Origin: Ophelia neglecta
Taxonomy: Eukaryota
Reading direction: 5' to 3'
Assembly (NCBI GenBank): GCA_965285935.1
Contig: OZ260663.1
Coordinates: 111,414,001 to 111,478,000, forward strand
DNA: 64,000 bases
The position numbers and the translations under genes were made by a program. Shown piece after piece: positions 34,731 through 48,755 of the stretch. Position 1 is the first letter of the stretch, and each line of letters begins with the position of its first letter. Below the pieces are notes generated by a model. That model did not search any database. It was not told the DNA's origin and saw nothing but the letters and a program-made list of their open reading frames with translations.

Positions 34731-36299
34731 AATTAAATTAGTAATACTCTATAAGTGTGGATATCTCGGCACTGCCTCTGATACTCTGCGATCTGAATGC
34801 AGCAGGATGTAGGAATGATCACATAGAATTCCGTAGTAAATAGCAACTAAGCCCTGATTGGTATAGAATTCCCCCTCCCTCCTCCCCCGGTAAACCTCCT
34901 TTGCGATATCCCTAGTGAAGGTGACAATAAGTCTTATTATCAGCCAGATTTTATCAGTATAGCTAGCCAATGGAAACTTTCTTTGTGCGTTTGGTTTACT
35001 TAGTTGGTGTCTCAGTTGTTCATCAAGCTGCCATCTTAAGGGTAGACTGCAGATGGAGTCTGATCTTTTCTCTCATGTCTATAACATTCCTGTTAGCTCC
35101 ATTCCGCAGTACCCCTATCTGCCAAGGCCACATCAACTCCCTTCTATATCTTCAGCAAATTGAACTGCCAGGTTTTCGGCAAAACTGACAGACTTAAGAT
35201 TACAACACTGCATTTTTGTATTTATCCTGCATGGGACAACTAATGGGTTTAACGCTTTTGGACAACTCGTCGTGTCCTTGTAGGACAGCCAAACAAAACC
35301 ATGCCAATGTGGCTTAATGCTTCTGACAACCGTGAAAGAAGAATACGCTGTGTGACGGAAGAGGCGTCTAGGGTGATACGCCAGACGCCGATCGGCTATC
35401 AATTTATGGATTTTTACAGAGAAACTACAGATAAATTATAAACTGAATACTGTCTCACTTCAGTCGAAGCAATCCATACTATTATGGTGATCACAGTGCG
35501 GTACTTCACAGTCTGGTTACTGATGTGCAATGGGTACGGTAATTCGTGAACGCAATTAAACAGTCATGATTTGTGTTTTAAAAAAAAAACACGCACATAT
35601 ATGCACATACACACGCAAACACCCTCGCATATAGTAAAATATAGGTCGCGTGGAATTTTGCGATACTTAATCTTAAAGGGACAGTTTATCAGCCACGGCG
35701 GTGTATCAGCAGCGAGTCACGTAATCTGTAGACAAAATTTTGCGTGAATGTATAATTGTGAACCCAGTGGACTTGTACGGACAGAAAGAGGAGAGCATGT
35801 CTATGAATAAAGTATGTGTGTGTCACTCTTGAGATGTCAGGAGGTGTAAGACATTATGGCAGAAAGAGCTCATTTCTAGTATTATCTTTTTGTTATATTT
35901 TCCCAGGTGGATCGGAGTAGTCCATGTTACATTATAACTACATGCCTCAGGCTACATAGTTCCGTCTGGCCTCATGAATACATACATATAATTTTAACTT
36001 GTGTTAAAAGGCAGAATATAAAAACAGCAGCCTAGTCATGTCTTTTAAATAACCGAAACAAGGTATTGAATTTGAAATGAAAATGTTATCTTTACATCAT
36101 TGACAAATACATACTGTAAACCAAAAAATAGTAAAAAAAGGGGAAATAAATACGGAAAACTAGGAAATAAATATTGAAAAACAGGAAATTTTGACGCGAT
36201 TAAAACTTTTGTAAATTTCGTAATATGTTTCAGAAAATTAAATTGGTTAAGTTGCCAAAAGCGTTCAGTCCTCGTTTTCCATACGTTCCTTCATTCCAG

Positions 36300-36368
36300 A
36301 TGACCTCAGGTATCACTTCATTCCCGAGGATCTCACGTATCCGTTCTATGCAGAGGATACACCTAAAG
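36300..36368 (+). other. Candidate isolated internal coding exon (69 bp, phase 1-1)
   Basis: Pyrimidine-rich acceptor ...gttccttcattccag| and donor AAG|gtatt. The open frame reads DLRYHFIPEDLTYPFYAEDTPK. No partner exons were confidently found. Confidence 0.35.
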
Positions 36369-39300
36369 GTATTAGTAATGATGAAAAAGGGGGCTTTCTT
36401 CTGTTCCCTGAGTTATCAGGTTTTCAGGTTTCCTTGAGTGTATAGTGGGTCATTATAGAACTGTAATTTTAGCTCCCGTTGTGTGTAATCGAAAAACGTC
36501 CCAAAGTTTAGACAGACAAGCATGCATTGTCGATGCTGTCCTTAATATTATGAATCGACTTATGTCAAACGTCAAACTGTATCTGAGAACATGTACTGCT
36601 TTTAGTGGAACTATCTAGAAAAGCATAAAATGTTCTTTTTCTCTTTTTTTTTGCACGTTGGTTGTTCCCCAAATTCAGTATACCTGTATTCTGCCTTGTG
36701 CTGCGATACAAGCTCATGAACCCACCCCTAACGCACTCCTAAACCACTGAATGAATATCTCTCGGTGCACTACAGAGGCGTTAGTTGTTACAATGAAGCA
36801 GTTACATGTTTCATTTCATACTGCACCAGGTTATCTGTAAAACTGGGATAACTTTCACATTGGAATGTATATCATCTGTACAATTTTTTAATCAACAATG
36901 AAAAGCTGCATTCAGTTTTATGAAACAGCACATCTCTTACTTATTGTTTTCTTTTGGTATGACGTTGTTGCTGTTTTACCATTCGTGGCTATCCATCTTT
37001 AGGAGAAATATGATACTACTTATGGGCACATAGTGATGGTAAAGGCGTCTTAGGTTTTTTTAAAGGGCCCTAGCCAGATGACTGCAATAAAAGGAACACA
37101 TTAACGTGTTTAAGTTTATAAATCATGTTCATGCTCGGTTTGAATCCGAGTAGGAGATACCGTCCCAATGCAAGGATCTCATGTCATCGTTGTTTTCCGG
37201 TGGTGTGTGTAGAAGTTCATAGCGGTCTTGCATGCTGGCAATCAGTTAACCGTTGATGTATGATGTTAGGTTTGGATAAAATCTTCTTCAGTGTTGATAA
37301 TGGCCTCTTTTTACAATGTGTTAAACCAAAAGGTACCTTCCATATTTTACCTTGAAAATATTGTTTCTTACTTTACATAAAATGTTGGTGTTAAATTGAA
37401 GGGAAAAACAGTCTAGACTTTGGCCCAGTCGTTAAATATCTGTTCTTCGAGAGGATCATATAGTGAAACAACCCAGAGTGTGTATCTCGTGGGCTCTGTT
37501 GGGGCACATTGCACAATTACCATTATTATTATCAACGCGATAAATTATGGTGATACTATTTAAGGAAGCAAACTGACATTTCACCCGAAATTGACTTCTC
37601 TCTACTTTGTAGTAAAAGACAGAAGTGGCCCTAATTGATCTGGTTCGCCCACTACAATAATGGGATGGGACCATGCATTGCAAGTTGTATTACATTTAAT
37701 TTTCTATAACATTATATATACTGTAGAGCAAGAAACTGATGTTGTTGAACTGCGGCTGAATGAATATACCGAACTTGTCTTAAACCGCATGTCTTAAACC
37801 CAATTTATTATCCTTAAGCTGGCTTCTTCTCTCAACCTCGATTTTTATTTTTATTTTCCCTAATTCCCTGATTAAACGGCCATCATAAACGCCCCCCCCC
37901 CCCCTCCGAGATTTGCAGGCAAAAGTGCAATAGGTTCCATTACGTCTCATGACTGAAATGTAGTTTAAAAGCAGAACATTTAGTTTTGCAAGGAACTAAA
38001 ACGGCCTTAATGGCAAATAGCTTCTTTCGATTGTCATAGATAGATTTACGGTCAACACATGTGTTTTCTTCAAGGTCAATTTCCCTCTAATCAAATAGGC
38101 GGGGTAATAGCACTGAGTGCTGTCTTGTTAACGTGATCGTTCTTAAGATCTGAATGGTGCCTGATCATTCCCGACGTCACGATATAAGTGATTCCGCTGT
38201 AATAACTTACGGGCAGAATTAATGTCGGGCCCAAGGCGACGCCGCTTTCTCTCGGCAACTCGTGTATCTCGCCGTGTCACACAGTTCGATCATGTACTCA
38301 GTTATCTTTCTTGGCCTTTTGATATATCACTTTGGCAGATGCAATAAGTTGATCGAATTTTATTTTTCATTCCCATTGCTAGTGCTCAAGGCCTACCATA
38401 GACATCAGTTTTAGGAAGCAAATGATCCAATGGCATGGTTTCCGCTAAGGGGGAAAATCAAGATATGATTGAGATGGGAGTATTGTACTTCTGTTGCAAA
38501 GAGTGGTCGAAACTATCAATTAAACGAACAGCCGAATATATTTTCTATGCATTATCTATTTATATGTTTCTTTACTTTATTCATTTAACATCCTTAAATT
38601 TACATTTAAGTAGCTACTAGTGTAACTAAACAAACGTGATTGCCTTTCACAAGGGTGTCCTTCTTTGATTACACCGTGCTCACTCTACATTCTATCAATC
38701 CTCCGTCTGCCCCTGAGGGTAATCCTGCCTCTGGGGGTCGGTACGCCTTCGTCCCGGACACCGCACACCTGCTTACTTTCAAGGCTGTATTAACTCGGAT
38801 GTCAACACGACATTAATCCACGAATCATCACTTCCGGGGTGGTTGTTTATGAGCGGACAGCCCACTCTGGGATATTCCTAGTGCGGTTGCTTCCTTTAAC
38901 GTCGCCCTCCCTGAGTTGAGAATTTCATACTTAAATTGAAGAGAATTATAACCTTTACCTGTTTATTAGAAAGGCACCGCTTACATCACTCATCTAGACG
39001 AAACGTTGCGAAAAACATAATTCCATTGTGGAAATTATTATACCTTTTGCTTATACTTTGGCTAACACTGGTCCTCTATATTGGGATAGGTTTGTACTAT
39101 CAGAGGACATTCACGAATGTCAAGAAATTAACATGTTACACTTAAAGTTGAGGCTGGAGCTGGAAGGTTCTTCTGCTAGTAGAATGTATTATTATATACA
39201 TTTTTTTTGGGTTTATGAAAGGTTTTTAATACATGAATATCCTTTATAGGAGGGGTTACACTATTTTTTTTACTCAGTAATGGGTTGGTTACATCCAATC

Positions 39301-40301
39301 ATCACGGATGAAATATACCCAAACGCCCTTTGTATAATGCAAAGAACTAACAAAAGGTGAATGGTGAATGACAAATAGAAGCAACACTAATATCATAGTC
39401 AGTGTACGTCCTGGTATTATATTATCACTATTGGAACATGTTTCATGATTTCAGTATTTTGTTTTGGATTGCTTTATTTTGTCACTTTTGTTTTACTGAG
39501 AGCTAGTGATTGATTTATTGAGCGGGGACCTGCGGGTAGTGATTCATTGTGCTTTCGGACTCATCTAATGGACTACTTAACTAAAGATATGGATTTGTCT
39601 GCCGGGTATCCACTCCTTTATTTTACCATACCAAAGGCCGTATGTTGGAGAACGAAGTGATTAGCTACACATATTGTAACTGCCACCGCTTGCCTCTCCG
39701 TCTTGACACCGGCGAATGCTTTCCAATTGTACAGCGGTGCCCGGCATGCCTACAGCTGGCAAAGCTACCACCTGCTCCAGCGGTACACTCTTTGTTCAGG
39801 ATCAATACTCAACTCACTAGAATATTTCTTGCCGAAGTGGGGCAGTCTGTCGGTAATAGCTACTATACAGTGCTGGTGATGTTAAATTAACAACTAAATA
39901 TTGTGACTTGCTGTAGAATATTCAGTTTGGTATAAATATAAATTACACTTTATAATGAACTAAACTACTTTTCACAACGTTTTTTGTTTACTTGTCTATT
40001 GTTGTTGTATTTTATGCATACCTTTACCTTATATATTTACTTTGGCATCTATGGCCCCGAACATCTGCATATTACCTATAATATACAATAAATATTGCAG
40101 CATAAATACAGCTCGATGCGGCACCATTCTCTAAAAAGCAGGAGTAGATATTGACATATGAAGCACAATGATTGATCAATAACAGTCCATTACATTGGTA
40201 AGAACAGACAGACAAACATAATGAACAATTTAAACCAAATGGAGCATTTTTTATAATATATTTCTTTGCTTGTTTTGGAAAACTGGCACTGTTGTGAATA
40301 T

Positions 40302-40359
40302 AAAGACTCGGCTGCGGCCGCTACACAAACAAAGACTCGGCTGCGGCCGCTACACAAAC
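40302..40359. repeat. Perfect 29-bp tandem duplication
   Basis: aaagactcggctgcggccgctacacaaac occurs twice in a row. Confidence 0.95.
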
Positions 40360-43300
40360 TTTGTATGATAGATCTACGACTTCAGTATCTCCGCCCTAGC
40401 TGTCTCTGATACACAGGGGTGTTTAAAACGACGAATTATATAAGGGCGGAACTGACTACAGCTGAGACTACAGCTAGACACAATCAAATTGTTTTACACA
40501 TGGAACATATTGGTATCAGATTAAATAACGGGAACTACGCAATTCTGGACACATATTTTGAACATAACACGGAAGTAGCATTGAAATGGTTTTTCCCCCA
40601 TGTTGTGTAATTGGATGATAGTAGACAGACCAATGAAAACCGAAAACATATTCATAGCAAGAAAAAAACACAGATCCCGAGAAGTCCCATGAGTGGTAAC
40701 GTTGGGCTCGATATTATTAAGTATTGTGTAACACATGTTGGACTTTATTCCCATAAATTTTACCAACAACAAGCTTAGAGTTTGACGCTTGTATAGTCTA
40801 AGGTGATGCTTTTCAATTATTTTGGGTGACATTATTTATTTGTAAAGACTATATATTGTTATTATAATAGACCTAAGTCTGGTTATCACAAGTCTAATAC
40901 TTGTACATGGAAAATCCTAAAACAGGGGGAAAATGATATAAAAAATAATAATATTTGGCTCATTCAATATCAATTGGCGTTGCTTGGTGCTTACTTTACA
41001 TGATATAGTAAAAAAAAAACATTCGCAGATTGCATCTCCCGGCTTATCTGGGCTTGCAGTCAATATTGATCTGGAACTTTTTCAAAATTGCCTTCTACTT
41101 GGTCCTAATATGGACTGGTAGGTATGACAATGGCTATTTCTCTATCTAAAATAAAGAAAATATGTTTTGCTTTGTAGGTTGCGTGTGTATTATGCATATA
41201 TTTGCTACTTTAAGTGTTTCAAGAGGACCGTTAAGCGGAAATTAATTCTCAAAAAATTGTCCCGTTGATACTCAACTGTGATCCCTACATTCAAACAGTT
41301 TTATATACTTACTATTCCAATGTTATACAAAATCAACAATGCAGTAAAATATCGCAATATTCGGAGCTAAATCTTACATATATTCAAAGAGAAAGGCAGA
41401 TGAACATGATCTAAGGAGGCTTTAAAACCGGCGGTATGTATGGCAGGAAATCGATTTATAACGGTTCTACACATAGAAACTGGATACCATTACTATACAT
41501 ATTATAGCCTGCTCTGTCATCATTTCTTAAATGGCAATATTTGTAATAGCATGGGTTGATGCAACGCCATCTACATAGCAATATTATTAGCGGTGTAACA
41601 TTATGATATCGGTCTGAAAGAGTGTTCAACCAAGAGAGAAATGGGTATCGAATAATAAACCAATACCCAGCAAGATGTGACTCGTCTTCGATTTCCTGCA
41701 GGACAGATAACAAAATAAATGCTATCAGTCAAATTAAAGAATTTCAAGTTATAAACTCAGTTTCATGGTTCTATATACATGCAAGGGCGATCACTTCAGA
41801 CATGTCTCTAACCGGTTATGCTATGGATTCAAAATATTTTACAGAAGGACCAAAAACGATTTCTAAAACCCATGTAAACAAAGCTTGTAGGTTCTAAAAA
41901 CACCATAGACCCCCCCCCCCCAAGAATTCCATTTTCCCTCTAGTACGTAGCATTTCCTAGCTCATGGTGTTCGATCTTACTCACGTACGGCATATTTCAT
42001 TTACTCGTTCATCGATTATGGCGTTGGTTGTCGTCCGTAGCAGAACTTTGTCATTGAACTTCTCGATATGGAGGCCCATATATCTTATAGCGTGCTGCTC
42101 ATGGCTCACATTTAGACACCATCACATATTATAGATGCAATATTCTTTTCGCGCACTGTAAACATCAAGTTATGTCTAAAACAATGCATTGCTTAATTGA
42201 GATTCTTAAGACTTGTAAATTTAATCTATTTCAAAGCCAGAACCAGAGTCTTTTATATCTGCCACTAGCATTGTCACTTATCGGATCGTCTCCGTTATGA
42301 ATGACGGCATTGACTTTCAGGCAAAGTAAAAATCTTTATTCTATTGGTGAAAAAATAAGGCATGTCAGTGCTGGTCTCAATAGATCATAATATGTCCGAT
42401 GGAAAGTCCATATTTCTATGTTGTATTAAAGTGTCTCGTGCGGTCCAATGATAAGATTGTCCCAGTTCAAGATATATAATACGAACAGCCTGTTAGGGTT
42501 ATCTCGGGGAAGTGATCAAATAAATGTTTTCATGTAAGTGGCCACATCAATTGTGTGACCACTTACCTGACAACATTGAAAATTGAAAATGTACATTGAA
42601 AATGTACCAAAGCTATTACTCACGAGACTCGTGAATGTATATTCCGAATCAGACTTTCTGTTTTTGATTTATACACCCGGTACAACGTCCCACCGTCGAT
42701 AGTTCATCACAGAATAGATATAATATTTGTAAAGCGCGAAACTTAAAAAATCAAATGCAAACAGCGTTTTATCTAGGCATATACTGTATAGATATATAGA
42801 AAGTATTGTGACCTATATTGATACCTCTTGCGCGGCCCCAGGGAGGCGCTTTCCGTATCACCCCCTTTCATAATAGAAAAACTAAAATGCTCGCTTCCTG
42901 GCAAGTTTACACTTTAACCGACACAGCTGTTTCAAAATTTGTCTGACGTCACAATTGTGAGAGAGTTTAGTCCATTCTCTTAGGGCATATATCATATCTG
43001 TCCTCCGTTGACATCTGACTCTTGTTTGACCCGCGTGATTGATGTAGACTACTTATTATTGTAAAGATAGTCAATTCTAATGTTAACTATTAATTAATTT
43101 CCTTACAAGTTTTAGTACAGTTATAAAAATGCTGATTCCCTTTGGGGGTCCGCAGCTGACGGTTCTTGATTACAGAACATTTTAACTCCATTCTTATGCA
43201 AATTGAATACACTTTGAATTCCCTAAGAAGCGGAGAAATTAGATAAATACGACAGTAGGGAAACAATGTCTAGTTTAGAAGGTTTCACATGTTTGGCAGT

Positions 43301-44229
43301 GATGCCATTATGGAAATATAGTCTAGTAACTAAACAGATCTGTATACTTATTCGGTTTATTTTTACCTTTGATATCTCTTTGGCAAACGTGGAACCAATA
43401 TTCACATATAACTTATTAAAGCTATTAGCAATAACCCTTCTGTTGGACTGCCATTAAGTAAAAAAAATTAACCATAAGTTTTTTCGATTTGGATTGAAAA
43501 CGTCTTTGATAATGGATCAATACTTTCATTATATGATTACATGTGTTTTTATTCTAGTTTCAGAAGCCTTACATACATTTTATCAGGCCGTCAGACCATC
43601 AAGACTTCCGATTTCAATATGTAAAATAAATTTGGTCGCAAAGGAAAGCACTCTCATGGCACACAGATATAAAGCTGTGAAATAGCGAAACAGTGGCCTA
43701 ACACTATTGATTTCCTCACTAGATTCCAATTATTGCTGATTGCTTGGAGGAAATGTAAGGTGTGAGAATGTGACGCTGACATCAAAGTTTTAAATTAAAA
43801 ATCACAGTCATTCAAGCCAATTCAATATCCCGTCTGATTATGCTACAATTTCAACATATAGGAATTGAACATCTCTGGGTCAGATTTTATGGCCTATAGG
43901 CTACATCCTCCACCATAGTTTCGCCCTTGTGGAAAATGTCCCATGAAATCTAAACAAAGACGTACTCAACAGAAGTATTAGAAATAAAATATCTTTGATG
44001 GTATTGTACAAAATACAGTCTCTTATGAAAGAAAAAACGGGAGTAGACATCGGGCAGACAAATCCAAATCAGTGATTCAATCGGCCGGAAAAAAACAGGA
44101 ATTACCAGTCACAGCACCACACAGATCAGTAAATCAATTGTCAGCTCCTAAGCAGGAGTCACTCTTCGTTTTGGTATCTTTGCATACATCTGTATGCCGC
44201 AGTATTGACATGATCCACATTTGATTTCT

Positions 44230-44760
44230 TTAACTATGAGTCCCAATACCCTATCCATATCGAGATTACACAAGTATTCTTATAATTTATCAAGATTGCC
44301 TGGGACACGGAATATGTAAAGGACATCAAACAAATACCTATCAGAACCAAGAAAAAATTGACAAATGTGTGTGTTGTATGAGTCTTCATTCAGGATAATA
44401 ATCGCTCAAACTGCAGTTTTGATTTTAATTAAGATATTGAAAGACTGAATCTGCATCAAATGCATGTCAATCTCGTTACTATTAAACCGATTAAAGCATT
44501 TTCTTCAAGGTCTTCTAAGGAAAGATGGAACGCACTGAGGCGAAATTCGTTGATGAAATTATTAAACTCTTCGTCGTAATCAAAATGGTTATATGGGAAA
44601 ACATCCTGCCAACAGTTAACGCAGAGGCAATCTGTAGCCTTTTTTGTGTTACCATACAATTAGTGGGACACTATAGGCAAGCACTGGATGTAATACGAGC
44701 TGCTGTACACCGAACCCACTCAGCAATTGGCTTGACACAATATCCGTCTCTCTCATAGTT
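44230..44760 (-). mobile_element. Degenerate CR1-group LINE fragment (PHD-like finger, linker, start of endonuclease)
   Basis: YCVKPIAEWVRC.../YIQCL...CLCVNCWQDVFPYNHFDYDEEF, then VPGNLDKL*EYLCNLDMDRVLGL, resembling the CxxC...FPFN...DDxEF and NIRSxxxNxDxL motifs of PHD-ORF2 elements. Confidence 0.6.
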
Positions 44761-47381
44761 AACACGATCTAGTCATAGAGTATAATGTAGAGCAGAGATT
44801 CGTCTACGCCGAAATTATAGTTCACATAAATATGGTCATAGGGAGAGGGTCTTCAGTACAATAAAAAGAAATACAATTTGTTCATTTATGTTTTCAAGTA
44901 TAATGTGGTTAGAGACGCTGACACCAAAAAAGCCACTATGACTATGACACAATAAATGATATAGATATTACATAGTATGCACATACAATTATAATGACAA
45001 TGGTAAATTAAAAGTGAGAAGGAAAATAAAGAATACCTACAGACATATGACTAAAGTCAAACTTGGCAAGTAATCTCTATAAGTGTGCTTTGGCTGTCGG
45101 GTATCTAGTCCCATTTTTAAGCATCGAGTAAAAGGCATGTATGTGTGTATAGCAGGTGTCCGGTGTGCGTGTAGCAAGGGGTGTCCACTTGTTTTGGCGA
45201 CTAATATTAGCTATTACCTAGTCCTGCGAAATGGTGCTGTCATAAGTGTGGCTAACTATTGGCTTAAGTGCTAAAACCAATCAGCATAGATGGCCTTCTG
45301 TCGGTTACGTACTAAGCTTCCGTGTAAGCTTGAAGAAAGCATCCGCCCTAAACCTGCATATCGCTTGGAAACCAAACACCTGCTCCACGTCCCCTGTGTG
45401 TCTTAGAGAACCAATACGCCACCCACTGCCCTGGTTCTGGTAGAGAGAAGAGTCATGAAGGCCACTATACAAGTTTAGTAGACCAAGTTGTAAGGTAATA
45501 AATTATATATTTGTGGCATCCTTTTACAGTGTACGAAAAGCACGAGGCATAATGACCATTTATTAGGCAAAAAAGAGAAAACCAATTTCTCGCGTTTTCA
45601 ATCATTTCGAGGGACCATTTTGCCAGGGCTATTTTCATATTTCCTTCACCAATCATCTATTGATAAATTAAGCCAATAAAAATAATCGTGCTTGTGTTCT
45701 AGGACTAAAAGTATTATTTTACTATCACGGGGATGTCATTTCGTAACATAATTATATTAAAAAACTGGAGAGGAAACATGTAAGTAAAAATGAAGTCATT
45801 TATCTCGATAAGTATAAGTGATCGGACTAAATTCATTAGGAACAGTCTTCCTCGGGCAAATACACATCAATTCCCAGTTCGCTAAATGTAAACAGAACAG
45901 ACCAGCAATACAGTTAATAACAAAACTAACTTTATTATCACATGCAAAGAGAACTTATTCAACGGTTTTCAGAATGTGAAAAATAGTACAAAACAAACGA
46001 GGACAGAGAAGAAAAAAGAGATTCTATGATGAGCTAGCCTCTCCGATAGGTTCAGAGAAGGAAGTAAAATGCCCCCGCATAGGCCCATGCACAGTAATAA
46101 GAAAAGATATTTAAGCGATATCTTTTATAGCATAAATGTTCACCAGTCTTCTATTATTTCGGCATCTCGGGGCGTGCGCTTTCCCTCTCATCTCTCCTGT
46201 GGGTCCGGTTAAGGTTGGTACCAACTGAAAGCCGGCCCCTGGCGTGCCACGAATACTACGAATTTGGAAAAATTAACTGGAGCAGTTGCAACAGGGGTTT
46301 TCTACTAACCATATTTCTGCTAAAAGCCCAAATTAAAACTCGAAACCAAATTAAGGAAATTCCCGGGTTTGCAAATTTTAGTGCAAGAACCCCTTAAAAC
46401 TCATAGAATACTCGACTTAAGACTTATATTTTTCTATCATTATCCGATGCCATATTGAATTTTTAAATTTTATTAGATTGATCCTAGATTTTTAGTTCAA
46501 TGACAATAATTTGCCACCTGTTTGTATTGTTCAGCGTTGCATGTTAGTTCATGTTTAAGAAAATTGGTTAGTATCACCTCATGGATGAACATAAAATAAA
46601 AAAGGGAAGCATTGATATTTACCCATTAAATATAAAATGACCTGGAACCATTGCCACCCAAAGACCATTGTTCTTTTTAAAAAAAACATAAAGAAAACTG
46701 ACGTTTACTTTAACAAGTCATTTATTCTTTTTTTTTTGGTTCAAAGGATGACAACATTAGACAGCTTTTATGGGAGGTTTGAGCACATTTGATCTACATT
46801 TGAAGGCTCCATCAATGCAGCTGGCCATCTTAGGAGACGATAAAAGGACTTTTGCTATGTAAGTTGTCATTTATCTACAGAGTAACTGCCGTGATCCTGT
46901 CTCAACAGAGTGCTTACTACCCACAAAAACTACACACCTTGAGCTCAACATTCATATAGCTATACTGTTTTGTTTCAGTGCACTGCAAGGTTCATTGCTC
47001 TTTTTTTTCTGATACCCATCGGCGGCCTTTTATAAAAGGTAAAAGTCTAGGTTGGAAAGCCATCAGACCTACAACGCTTGACGTTGATGTGGCATCAGCA
47101 CTTATAAATCACTCTTTAACAGTTATCAATTTAAAAACTTATGGAATGACGGTCATTTACAGTCGTCTTGGATGATAAAAGGGGTGCTCTTTATCCCATG
47201 ATTTATAACTGGCATTTTAACAACTGCCCCCTTGAAGATTTTATAAGAAGTTGCTTATAAGTTAAAGAAAAATGTGATACTTATATTCATTACATGGGTA
47301 TTAACTGCCGTTTCTCCCTTGATGATTTATGAGGAGTCTGTTAGTTTCTTGCAGAAACGCCTGCGGGCTAGGCTGTGGCCA

Positions 47382-47662
47382 TTAGTATCGCCCAAGATCG
47401 CACATAGTGCAAATTCCGGCAGTAAGGATTGCTTAGGAACTCACACAAACCAGGCAGCGGCAAATGGTATCAGCCTGGTTCACACACAGACCGGCAATTA
47501 GTATCGCTTAGGATCCCCTAGACGCCAGGTTGCGGCAATGAGTATCGCCAGGTCGCACACAGACCAGGCTGCTGCATTAGTATCTTTCAGGTTCGCCCAC
47601 AGACCAGCCTGCGGCAATTGGTATTACCCACGGTCGCACTTTGACCAGGCTGCGGCAACTGT
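47382..47662. repeat. Degenerate ~40-bp minisatellite (about 7 copies)
   Basis: Recurring gtatcgccaggtcgcacacagaccaggctgcggcaat-like unit. Confidence 0.8.
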
Positions 47663-48599
47663 ACACAGTACAGATTTATTTTGTATCGCCCAGTATGGTT
47701 CTGAAAACATGCTGCTCCAATTAAAACTTAAAACAATTTTAACTTGGAATACAATGAGGAATAGAATTACAAACTACCAGTAACTGAGTTAACGTACGAG
47801 AAAACTTGAACAGCTGGTATATGATGCACAAAATGATTTTTATATTCTTGATTTGTATATATAATTGGTTTACTTGTTGTTTATTGACGACCTGATGCAT
47901 ATTAGAGGAAACAAGTACAAACCAAGTAGACGTCAGTAAAATTGAACAAAAAAAGATTCATGTCTGTTACAATATCTGCGGATCCTACCCTTGTTTTTTG
48001 TTGTTGATTTTTAAAAACAAACATATCTTAGCCAAGAGTGAAACATTCAACCTACGCCCGGAAGGTGTTGTCGCTAGATGTATTTACTGTAATATGAGTG
48101 ACCCCTCTGGGGCAATGTACATTATGTGGTACCAAGGCACTCAATGCAATGGCATAGCTTGATTATAATCCAGAGTATTTCCAGACATAAACCAATAGAG
48201 GAGTATTAGAGACATATTTGTATGCGATAAAGTGCTGACAATAAAACAAAGCAGGCAATGACCTGTATATACTTAGATACATGTGATTAAAATGGATAAA
48301 TCCTGGCCCCTATGTGTAATTGCTTACTAGAAAATGAACCTGTAAACATGCACAAACTTTGAAATAAGCCTAGAAGTGTGTAATGGGTTTTTTCTAAACG
48401 TGGGGAATCACAGTTCTCTAGTTATTCTCTCCCTACATGTTTTTAATTCGATTTATAAGGGCAAGTGTTATATTTAGATAAACTGATGGAATGTATGACA
48501 GTGAATTTGAAAAATGCCCGCTTTTAACCAACATATTTCGTATCCCTTTTGACCCCAGGGTCACATGTCTCATTGTCAGGTTTAGTATATTCATCAATT

Positions 48600-48755
48600 A
48601 ATAACGAGAAACATTATGAGCGTATTATGGTGGCTCTCACGGTAGCGATTACCTAAATCTTAGTGAGGGTCTCCATAATTATAAATTCAACTTACCATCA
48701 ATCATTGTACATTTTCATTTTGCTATGGTCGAATAAATACATCTGAATCTGAATC
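48600..48755 (+). mobile_element. 3' terminal stub of a CR1/L2-group LINE
   Basis: tggtcgAATAAAtacatc(TGAATC)2 mirrors the 3' end tggtcaAATAAAatgttc(TGAATC)3 of the 16187..21655 element. The 5' boundary is uncertain. Confidence 0.6.

Noticed and set aside
35130-35330. CQFCRKPGSSIC resembling a Gag zinc knuckle (minus strand)
   Set aside because: The His is missing, stops flank it, and I could establish no other gag/pol motif or LTR pair.
37134-37150. tRNA T-arm-like hairpin CTCGG-TTTGAAT-CCGAG
   Set aside because: No A box, acceptor stem or anticodon arm is visible; at most a decayed SINE head.
39660-39760. HRLPLRLDTG...RCPAC resembling a LINE ORF2 C-terminus
   Set aside because: Too short and degenerate to support without a search.
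44786-45471. Possible solo LTR (TGTAGAG...CTATACA)
   Set aside because: There is no target-site duplication and no second copy in the window.
46780-47175. Possible hAT transposase remnant
   Set aside because: Only a vague resemblance; no catalytic or dimerisation motif and no TIRs were found.
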